Part shown: positions 51,059 to 62,300 of the stretch, piece after piece
How the letters are laid out: each line of letters starts with the position of its first letter
How positions within the stretch are numbered: the first letter of the stretch is position 1
NCBI RefSeq assembly: GCF_000002075.1
Contig: NW_004797472.1
Location: forward strand, 717,693 to 781,692
Direction of reading: 5' to 3'
Source of the DNA: Aplysia californica
Lineage: Eukaryota
Length of the DNA stretch: 64,000 bases
The notes under the pieces: generated by a model
Databases searched by the model: none
The model's input: the letters and a program-made list of their open reading frames with translations, nothing else
What the model was told of the DNA's origin: nothing
Translations under genes and position numbers: made by a program

Positions 51059-51101
51059 TACATATTAGCTGCTATCTGCTCTACAGGCCTCTTTGTTTAG
51101 T

Positions 51102-51268
51102 GGGTGGTTGGCGGGTGCTCTGGTATGGTAGCTTCTTCTTTCCTATGAAACATCTTTCATCCTGATCTCCCCTTCTTCTTCTTTTATGTTTGTTGCTCTC
51201 TTGTAACACCTCTAATCTTCTGGCTTATGCAGTTGCAAGCGCCGTAAAACCTCTACTAAAACTAAAAA
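51102..51268 (+). mobile_element. Family A retroposon with B/C-type tail
   Basis: TSD GCCTCTTTGTTT. Confidence 0.85.
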
Positions 51269-51360
51269 GCCTCTTTGTTTCAGTCTGGGACACCCAATTT
51301 GACAGTGGGAAGAAAGGCAAAACAAGAAACATAGAAATAATGTGCATATTTACATTACAG

Positions 51361-51790
51361 GTGTCATGACGCGGTGGAATCAGGCGCTCGTCAATTTCTG
51401 AGAAAGTAGAGTTATTGATATCTCTGAATACTTTTTCATTTGCCTAGCTTTCAATGAAAAAAATCCCATCTATCTTGAATAGAATTCGAGATATTTGTGA
51501 TTGAAGGAGGTAGGGGTCGCCTGGTTTCAGTGGTAAAATTATCAAGAAAATGGCTGCCAAAGCTTGGTGGCTTCCAAAGCTTTAGAGTTCTTGGAAACTG
51601 TAAATTTACATTTTCTGTTCCTTTAATCAAAGTTTTCAGTAAATCCATATAGCATTATATTTTTTAAAGGACATAAAAGGTGTTGAGCCAAAAAATAAAA
51701 TTCAATAACAATTTCCAAACTGAAAGAAAAATGCTGTTTTCTTAGATTTCATTATTTTGACGAGCGCTTGATTTCACCATGAAGCCTCAT
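51361..51790. mobile_element. MITE; partial inverted copy at 1-347
   Basis: TIR GGTGGAATCAGGCGCTCGTCAA / TTGACGAGCGCTTGATTTCACC; body homologous to reverse complement of window start. Confidence 0.7.
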
Positions 51791-52600
51791 GCACGAAATT
51801 TTCATTCACTCGTATTAGATTTAAATTATAGAAGTGAAGTGGAACAAAAAAGAAGGTCTTTCATATATTTTTTCAGTGTTGTATTCAGGAAAATGGCATG
51901 TAAACTTACAGAAAATTTTTTAAAAACTAAAAAAAGAGATAGACATCGTAATGTAGATGCAAAGAGTTGGGTTTTGTAGGGGTTTTTTTTTAGTTGCAAT
52001 AAATTTATCATTCATGCAAGGTACATATTTAAATTCACACAAAAAGATAAGCACACTGCAGCTGGATACTTGCATAATATCATTTTCACTGGTAAAAAAA
52101 AATGTAACTTCAGTATGGGAGGACTTGTTCACATGATTCCCAGCAAGGTATCGTATTTTCCCTATACTAAATTGGTTTTAGAGTTTTTTAAGTTTCTCTG
52201 CATCTTCCATAGAAGACTGGTGATTATTTGCGTGTCCTCCTCTACAGACCCTCTGTTGTTCAAATAAGCGTTGTTCAAATAAGCCAAGGCATAAAACTCC
52301 CTTTCAATAACAGCCTAATTTACGTCAATTCAACACGGCACCATGCTGTCTTTTAGAATAGAAATATCAGAAACAGGAATATTTCATAAACTAGCTTCAT
52401 TCAAGACAAAAAAGCACTAAAATCATCTTGATTTCTATGCAGTTTATTTCTCTTGTCTTTCATACTTGAAGTTCTCAAATTTTTACTTACACAAGGAAAT
52501 TTTTCTTGCGGATTATGGTATTCTCAATTTTCTCTGCAATCTCAATTCTAAATACAATACTTATAAGTTTGTATAATGTCCTACATGTTACAAACTTTAA

Positions 52601-52881
52601 CTCTTTAAACCCTGAAATTTTTCCACCATTTCACAGTGTATTTTTTACAGTCACTTAAACATGGTGCACTATGTCTCAAAAGCTAGCCTCCAACTTCTAA
52701 ATGGAGGAGACAAAGGCTTAGTCATTACTAAAAAATTTGGTTCGAGAATAGTTCCGAAAAACAAGCAAAAACTAGCATTTAATCAAACGAAAGTTGTCAC
52801 TAGTATCGCACATTCACAGCATACGATGGGGAACAGGGTTATTATCGCCCGACGCTCCCAGTGCCTGATGGGGTTTAAGAG
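52601..52881. mobile_element. piggyBac-type MITE
   Basis: TTAA|CTCTTTAAACCC ... GGGTTTAAGAG|TTAA. Confidence 0.6.
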
Positions 52882-53112
52882 TTAATTCTTTTCAGACTCT
52901 GTGCGAATTTCATAATGTCTACTAACAATACAAGTCCTCTCAAAATAAAATCATTACAGATGCTGTCCAAACATTGGGAATTCCCACCATTATTATGATC
53001 ATAACAATCGGTCAAACCTCTAACGCGTTACCCCTTAAAAATGAGGGATTAATTAACATTTCCAAGCCTGATTCACCAGCTGTTTTCAGGAGCTGAATGT
53101 TGCTGAACGTTC

Positions 53113-53348
53113 CTACACCCCACAGCCGGGGAGCAGCAGCACCATAACGGTGATGTTGTCCCGAGAACCAGCCAGTAGAGCGGCCTGAGTCAGGTGCTCC
53201 GCCATATTCTTGGCCAGCTCTCGCCGGAAACCCTCAGGTGTCTGTGGCTCGCCTTCTTCAACCTGGGAGTGAATCGGCACGGAGAGGTAGTCCTCACCCA
53301 GGTCACGGTGAAGGCTTATGTCATCTGTCGTCTCGCTCAGGTGGCTCC
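53113..53348 (-). CDS. PP2D1: PP2D1 last coding exon (..AALLAGSRDNITVMVLLLPGCGV*)
   Basis: caccag| acceptor; PP2C terminal DN motif; TAG stop. Confidence 0.92.
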
Positions 53349-56300
53349 CTGGTGACCACAGATAGACAGTCAAAAGTCATTCTTTTTTTCCCTATCTGAT
53401 ACACAATTAAAAGTCATTCTGTTTTCCAAGTCTGATGCAAAAACAAAAGTCATCCTTTTTTCCCCAATCTGATGCAGAATCAAAAGACATTTTTTTTTCC
53501 ACAAATCTGATGCAGAATCAACAGTCATTCTTTTTTCCCGAATCTAATGCAAAATCGAAAGTCTTTTTTTCTTCCGATCTGATGTAGAATCAAAAATCAT
53601 TCTTTTTTCGCCAAAATCTGATACACAATCAAAAGTCATTCTCTTGTTCCCAATCTGATGCAGAATTTAAAGTCATTCTTTTTTTATCAAATCCAATGAA
53701 AAATCAAAAGTCATCCTTTTTTCCTAATCTGATGCAGAATCAAAAGTCATTTTCTCTTCTAAAATCAGACACAGAATCCTGAGAATCAAAGGTGACCATT
53801 CTAAAATAGATAATTACAAGAACGAATATCACACAACTCCCCGAAAATAAAACATTTACATTGGTAAAGCTGAACACAGTATTTGAGTTCAACAGTAGTC
53901 TCAGGTCTCAAAGTGAAAAATAATATTCTTTTCCTAATTGTACCCTTTTAAATAAAACCTACAAAATTCTCATCTGTACGGGAGGGGGGGAGGACGGATG
54001 AACACGTAAAAGCCAAATAATCTTCTTTGGTGATCTTGAAAAATATGACAGTCACTTGCAACACAATAACGTCAGATAAGTGCTGAAGATTAGGGGTGTT
54101 ACAAGAGAGTAACAAACACAAAAAAAGGAGGGAAGATAAGGAAGATCGAAATTTGATAGGAAAGGAGCAAACCACACTAGAGCACCCATCAACCATCCAC
54201 TCCTCCTGGTTGAAAAACTTAGACCATAGTAGTAGAGGAATAAAGGAAGCAAGTGCTTTAGTTTTAGTAAGGTTTTACTGTGCTCACAACTGCATTAGGT
54301 CATATGAGCGCCAAGGGGTGGATGTCAACAGAGAAGTCCAAATGGGGAATCAGGCTTACTCTGCTCACCTGTCTAGCCTCAACAGTACAAAGTCTGCTTC
54401 GACTATAAAGGCACCCCGGAAATAGCAGTTCACAAGAATCTGAGAGTGACAAACATACAAAAGAAGTAGAGGAAAATGATGTTAGTAAGGATGAAGAAAG
54501 GAAAAGCAGCAGTTCCCCAAATGTTGTTTCGGCACAGTATGAGCATGACTTTGATAATCGGCCCATTTACAATTCTACTGTGCATAAGAACATGTTAACA
54601 TCTCCCCTGTGGGAATGGCCTAAAGACACTTCAGTCTGTAGCACTGCCCTGGGGCGGGGGAAAAGGAGGGGAAGGACGGGAGAAGGGGGAGAGGGAAGGG
54701 AGAGGGGAAGAACGGGATGCAAAGGGGGGGGGGGGGGGAGCAAGTGCTTTGATAGAGGAACAAGTGACAACAAATTACATAACACAAAGTATGAAATATC
54801 ACAAGACACAACATCGCTGGTTGCTGTACTCCGACATCCTTTTGCTCAATGTTTAACTTGTTCTGGTCAAGGATTCGTCATAACTGTCATTCACTCCAGA
54901 GTTGTCACAACTGACATTTTTTGACATCCTTCTGAGCTTCAGTTACTGGCTATCCAACAAAAGAGAAGTGAACACCAAAAACAAAAATCACTTAAATAAA
55001 TGTACCTATCTCTGTGTGAAGGTCAGCCAGAACATTTGTAGTCCCATAGCCCGAAGTCTCAAGATTCAGAGTGTTTGTCTGCTTTTCATTTGGTCCGGAC
55101 TGACAAATAAAATAAAAATGCATAAATGTTAGACGTGCTGACAAAATGAGTAACTTCTCGCAATCAACAAATGGAGATATTGGCCAAAAATCGACACTGG
55201 GGTCAAATTTTTTGATTTTCTATTGATACTTTTTTTTCAAGTATAACATGCCTTTTATTATTTCACTTATAAATTGTAAAAACTTCACCTATAAGCCTGA
55301 TGTATCTTTTTCCATAGGGCTTGAATCCAGAAATAACTCATTTTGTCAGTACGCTTCACAAATGGCCTTTTCAACCGGATTTCTTACTCTAAAGTGAACA
55401 TTAATATGTAGGCCTACTGCAAAAGACTCAGCAAGGAAAATAAAGAATGAATCTTTAAAAGCTAACATCAGGTTAATATAGCAATCTTAAAAATACCCCT
55501 CATAGTTATATAAGAGACCTGAGTACAATACAAAAGAGCTAAGTGGATCTGTTACAGAATGTATTGAGTTCATTCAAATTATATTCTAGAGGAGCTTGCA
55601 AAGTATTCTCTTTCTAGCTTTCTGCAGTAATTAGTCGGTTTCTAATCAGTCCAAAAACAGCCCTAAAATGTCTTGACTAGGAGTTGTTATAGTATAGAAA
55701 ATGAATAATCAAGGCCTAAGAAAAAGAATACTGCTATTTGATTATTGTGGAGAACCAAATGATGCCCCCCAAAAAAGAACTTACGACATTTGAGACATCT
55801 GTACGCTCTTTGTCCTGTTGTTCATTTTTCTTTGAGCCTGACAAACAGAGAAAAGAAGATGAGAGCACTACATTTCACAAAAAACTCAAGGCCAGTGAAA
55901 AAATGCTGTAATGAGCTCAGAGCTACAACTCTTTTCTAATAATGATGCGTATCTGAAGCACTCACAGGCCCTACTGGAATAACAAAAGAATTTCTAGAGC
56001 AGGGGTAGCAGACTTTGTCATTCGACTGAAGCATAAACTGCCTTCTGCTACCCAGCCCAGAAGTAAGTGAGAGATCAGTCGTTGTTTTTGAAGAATATGA
56101 GTAAGTGACTATAAGCTTCTGTATGTGAAAGAATGCAGCACGATGTATCCCACTAAATCATGTCAGTTTAACTCAGCTCAGACTACTTGAACTTTTTTCA
56201 GATCTCCTCTTCATCTGTTGTGTTTTTATCTTATCTTTGTTAAGGGAGCCACAAGTATGACTGGTCAGTAGAAGAGGCATTCATACCTAAAAGATCAAAT

Positions 56301-59300
56301 CAAAAGAGAATTAACCTACAGACAGCCTCAAAAACGGAAACCCGAAGCCAATTTTTTGCCTGATGACAACGCACATCCCACTAAATTTCTATCTGTGTCA
56401 CATCAAAACACAATATCTTACTTCCTGCCCACTGTGCAAATTCCCTGGAAGAACAGTCAACTCTGTCCTTCCCTACCACAGAAAACAACAAAAGCTGAGG
56501 CTCTCATCCATCACCTTCGACAATCTTCAGTACCTTATTAGGAAAAGTAAAACAAATGAAGGAGACTACTTAAAGGTAATTATATTCAGAAAAGACAAAG
56601 TTCAACAACTCCTGGATCAAACCAAACCAGTATATATCTGTGCTCCTGTGCATATACTGAGACTGACAGATATGCACCCCAAAACATCCAATTATACTCT
56701 CAAGGCAAAAAAGAGTAAAGGTAATCATGCTGAAGCATGCATTCAAGTCCATCAGATTAACCCATCTTAGCCATGTGTCTATTAAACCATATTTTCCAGC
56801 ATCTTATTCACTCTTTTCTTAGCCCCCACCCCAGCCAGTGCTACTGACTGAAGTGTTTTTAGGCCATTCCCAAAGGGCTGATTTTTTTAATGCCATGCTC
56901 ATACTGTGCCCGAAACAACATTGGGGGAACTGCTGCTTTTTCTTTCCTCGTCCTTACTATCATCATTTCTCCTCTATTTCTTTTGTATGTTTGTCACTCT
57001 CATGTGAACTGCTATTTCCGGGGTGCTTTGATAGTCGAAGCAGACTTTGTGCTGTTGAGGTTAGAGAGAACAGAGTAAGCCTGATTCCCCGTTTGGACTT
57101 CTCTGTTGACATCCACCCCTTGGCGCTCATATGACTTAATGCAGTGGCGAGGGCCCTAAAACCTTACTAAAACAAAACAAACTCTTTTCTCACTTTACCA
57201 TCTGACTTCTTATCTTGACTCACCAGACTCAGAACCGGCAGCCTCCGGCCCAGTGGAGAACATTACACGAGAAGAAAAATTTGTTCCTTTTTCTTGTTTG
57301 CTTGAACTTTTGTCGCAAGAAGCGAAACTCTTCACAGACTGTGTGCGCTCCTTCTCTCGCTTATTGCTGTTCTCTTTATCTTGGCAAGACTGAAGTAACG
57401 GCAACAGAGTCTCGTTGACCCGGCTCGGGGCTGGAATAAACTGGCTGGGAAGCATCTGTGTAGAAAACACAAATACAGAGTAGCGCACACACAAAAACAT
57501 GCACATAGGGAAACACGCATATAGCAAAGAGATTTTCAGGTCCGAAATGTTTTCAAACTCATATTTTCTTTGTCTTTAAAACACGCAGAAAGAAAAATTC
57601 TACTTCTTCATCATACAATTTTTTTTGTGTGTTTGTGGGTTGGGGGAGAGGGGGGGAGCAGGGGAGACTCTCACCATAAAGTTTGGTCAATTGTGTCCAC
57701 TGCAATCATCATTCAAATGCACCTCTTCAATGTAGCAGTATAATCCTCAGATCCCACCACCCACTATCCCACTCTGCCGAACTTTCCATTTTTGTGAGGA
57801 CCAAAATATTTGCTTTTAAAAAGCTAATGTGTATGTCATTCTGAGTCAGACGATACAACAAAGCAAACAGCAGCAAGAGATAACATTTCCTTAGGAGACC
57901 ACTCAGTACAACAGGGAGATCAAAATCAGCCTATTGAGAAGATGTTCATTTTCACCACGGAAGCTTCAGCACAATGTTTTATCAATAAATTTAAAAAGTA
58001 ATCTGTTCTGCAAAGAAAATTAACAGATGGCTAAGCAATATTACTAAGAATAACATTATTTTTTAGCTGCAACAGATAGTAGCTTTGAGGAAAGTATCTT
58101 GTGAATAATGAAACAATTCTCATCAAAGTTTTCAAAACTGTCTTGTGTAACTTTTACACTTTGCAGTGACACAGCCAGAAGTACAAAATACCCCACCTGG
58201 TCACCCAGCCAGGAGAGTGACTGCAACGGACTTCTCAGGCCTGACCAGAACAGATAATTTTCACCGTCGCATTATTGCGCAAAGTGATAAAGGGTCTCCC
58301 AAAAGTTGGAAAAGAGCAAAAAAGTGTTTGATGGAAACGGAAATAAATAATAGAGCCATTTGGCAGTGTTGAGGTACCTTAGAAAGCAGAGATGCGACCT
58401 CCTCAGGGGAGAAGACCTCCCAGACGCCGTGCGAGGCCAACACAAGGAACTGGGCGTACTGGTCGATGGGGATGGTGGTCACGTGAGGATCCACCAGAAC
58501 ACAGTCCTTCAGCTTCTTGTCTCCATGGTTACCAAGGCCTCTCGTTACAGACAAGACTCCATTCAAGCGAGTGTCTCTCTCACTGTTGCTCAGATTTCCT
58601 CCTGTAGCGTTCAAGGAAAGAAAAGAAATTGAGGGCACTGACAGTACAATCAAGCCTTCTCTAACCGCTACCTGTATAAGACAATCATCTGTAGAAACAG
58701 CCCCTTCCCATTTTCGCCCTTGAGATTTTTTACAATATAATGACAATATCTAAGATGGCTACTTTTTTCCTCTACAATGGGCGACTGTTTTACACAATTT
58801 CGACCATATTTAAATTAGATAACCAGCAATAAGAAAATAGCTCTTGCACACTTCTGCATGATTATCAGAATGACAAGGATGGGTCAGGGCCAGATTTTTC
58901 TAGTTTGCTTTGATTTTAGCTCAATCCAATCCAAAGGTTCACAGTTAAACATGCTTGTATTTCTGGGCTACAATGAGATCAGACTCATTTTGGGCAAGAA
59001 AACAAGAATACAAGTGCTAGCTGTGTCATAAACAAGTTGAGAATACCATTTGACAATTTGTGTTTGTGGCCCTGAATGGGTGAATTGATTGTATGTGACT
59101 TACCCCCCACCCCATCCCCACCCTTTCAAACAAGTAAGATCAGTAAGGTGGTAACAGGAAGATTTTTCTTCAGACCATGTTACGCTAACAAGCATTTCCA
59201 GATAGAGCAATCACATATTAGGGAATGGGGGCTCTCGTGGTCTATAGGTTAAGGTGTTCACCTCTCATTCAATAGGTCCCAGGTTCGAATCCACATAGCA

Positions 59301-62300
59301 AAGGAAAATATTTTACCCCAAAAATTTTCCCCTTTCACATTCTTTCCTGCTCTCTAACAATGTTCTGTCTTCTGCTTTTGTCTCCATTTTCTCCCCCCAC
59401 CCCCTCACTTCCTATGCCCCCCTCCTCTGGGCTCCAGACTCTTTCTGCAGCCTTTCTACTGCTACTCCTTGGCTCCTTCTTACTGCTGTCTTTCAGGCAC
59501 ACTTCTGATCTTATGGTAGGTAAGTTATACAGCTAGCCTTCTTGGATAAGGGCAAAAAATCTCAGAGGTCACATGTGCAAGTTGCGCATGTTAAAGATCC
59601 TTCAGTGGTCCAAAATCTATAAGAGTAAGCTTCGGCCATCACCCAAGCATAATTCAAAATTTCATAAGAGCTAAAAATCAAAACAAAAATATTGGGGAGA
59701 AAATGTCACCATCTGATACCTACCTGCGTTCAAAACTCGTTTTCTCTCTTTTGGGTTGTTAGGCGTGTGATCTTTGGTCAGATGATACGGCTTGTTGTCT
59801 CGCACAAGAAGAGCATGTGAGTTGCCTGTTAATGACATCAAATAGACAGGTTTAAAAAAGAAGTTTCATTAAAAAGAATGTCTGCTTTCCATCCACAACA
59901 TCTATCACTGAATCTATTTTTCTATAAAAGAGGATATGTGTTTTAGATAATGTTTCATACATTTGTATGCTAACTTCAGTCACATGTATTTTGGGTAGAG
60001 AGACGTACATAGGCATAACAACAGCCATTTCTTTGTTGTTGTCGTTCATCCATCGAGGAGATGAAGACCATCTATTTACCCTGGTGTCAGAGGTGAGTGT
60101 GCAGAGGACTGGTTAGGCTCATCTTGAGTAAAGAGAATTACATGGACTAAATAACAGCTTTTTTTTTTTTACATTTTAGTAAGAGTTTTAAGGCACTTGC
60201 AATACAATAGGTCATACAAGTGCCGAAGATTAGAGGAGTTACAAGAGAGTAACAAACCCACAAAAAAAGAGGGGAGATAAGAACGATAGATATCGGATAG
60301 GAAAGAAGGAGCAAACCACACCAGAGCACCCACCAACCACCCACTAACAGCTCTTTAGTACTGAGAAAGAGGACGACAAACAAACAGAAACAACCGAGAG
60401 CAAAAAAGTTGGACCTACCAATGGAACACTCCAGCCACTCTCACATCCTTACGGATAGGAGAAAAATAATGAGGGTCTCTTTGTAGGTGAAAATTACAAA
60501 AGGAATAAACAGGAAGACAAAGCAGCAAAGGTAAGTGAGGAAATACTTGAAGAGCCACAAGATAAAACAACAGAGTACAGCACAGAAGCAACTGTTTTGC
60601 ACTCATTGCCACAGGCACTTTCAAGCTTGCTGTGGTCTAATTGAACATAAGCGACATCACTACACGATTTAAAATATAAACCAATACAGTACAAACACTA
60701 TCATTAACAGTGACAGTATATTAGTGCTTTTCCCCCATTTAAAGTCAGTATCATTTGATGTCTTTTAAAAAGAGTCAAATGATGCCTCTCTCTTATCCTT
60801 GCTCCGTTGCCACAATGTTTCACTTCTACCTATGAGCATTTGATAACAGAGAGTTGGGGCCTGTGGCCTTACATACAAGTAGGAAGAGCATATATCTGCA
60901 AACAGCCTGACTATGCCTCCCTCAACTGCTGACAAAGATATAATACAAACACAGAACACATGAAATAACCCAAGTAGTGTTGAACAAAGTGGCCATAAAT
61001 CTTGAACAGAGAATGAAACTTCCAGCTAAGCTGGACATCCATTCCTCTGGCTCACCTGCGTTGGCAACATGAATAAGTCCAAGTTCCTCCGGAGAATTAG
61101 GCTGTCCTCCTCTTGCCGAATGTTTCTGACCTTCTGAACCAGAAACTTCTTCTTCCAAGGACGCCAACTTATTGTCCTTTTCTCCTTCACCATTGGAGGG
61201 CTTTTTGATATTCTGGACAACAGCTGTAAGGGCAGAGGTTCCACTCCAGCGAACTTTCGATCTTTCATCTTTCCCATACGACAGTAGAATGTCCATTAAT
61301 AAATATGTTTTTTTCAAAGCCTGAAACAGATGATATGAACAGCACTGTTACACTCCAGCAAAAATTTCTTTTCAATCAGTTAGAAAGAAGAAAGATGAAT
61401 TTTCTCTTTCAAGGAACAGGAAACTGACTTTATCATAATAAGTAAGCACTGATTCAGATTGAAGTAATCAACACCCACAAGTACAAACTGCCAATCATTG
61501 AACTGCAATTAAGAATCGAAAGATTCTAAAAATCAGAGCCACTAGTTACCATTATCAGATGCTGCTGGAAAAAGCAAACAATTCATTGACTCTAAAAGCA
61601 AATTGTGGGAAAAGTAAAGTAAACTTGTTCCCGCATCCGATCCGGACATTACGGATTGCCTTGTCAGTGAGACAACTTCCTGGGCCTTCGGCATTTTGTG
61701 GTAGAGAGGTCAGTTCCTTTCCATGCCATCTTTATTTTCAAAACTCGGTCAGGTACGCATTACTGCTGTGTGGGCAGGAGGGGGCAAAAAAATCCGAGGC
61801 TAGAACCCGGACTTTCTGCTTTGGAGACGAGCGCACTATCCGCTCCGCCACCGTATTGACACAAAAGAGCTGACATTTTTTATAAGTCAACCATTTCTCA
61901 AAAAGCCAGGATCAACTCCCAGACACCAACAGGTGAAACTTTGATACAGATTCTAGATGTGCCATGTTAATTTCAGTTCATTAATTTGTTTCTTCGATCA
62001 AGAACTGAGAAAGGCTGAAAGACTACTGACCTGGTGCATCTTATCTGTCATGGGGTGTTTTTTCTTCTTGCTGGTTTTCTTTTCAGCTTCATTTTCAGTC
62101 AACTTGTCTTTCATGACTTCATTGTATTTTTCATAGCACAGATCCATGATGTTCTGCAAAGATAGAGTCGAAAGTGTTTAAAAATTAGATAAATATTTTG
62201 ATAAGCATCCTGCAGTAAAAAATAAAGAAAACATCTAGACTTTCTTTTCCCACTTGTCCTTGGAGTAGTATACCAGTCGTCTCCTATTCCACAAGGAGCA

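Noticed and set aside
54810-54950. Possible extra PP2D1 exon
   Set aside because: Stops in the frames compatible with the neighbouring exons; exons 55006-55099 and 53113-53348 already join in phase
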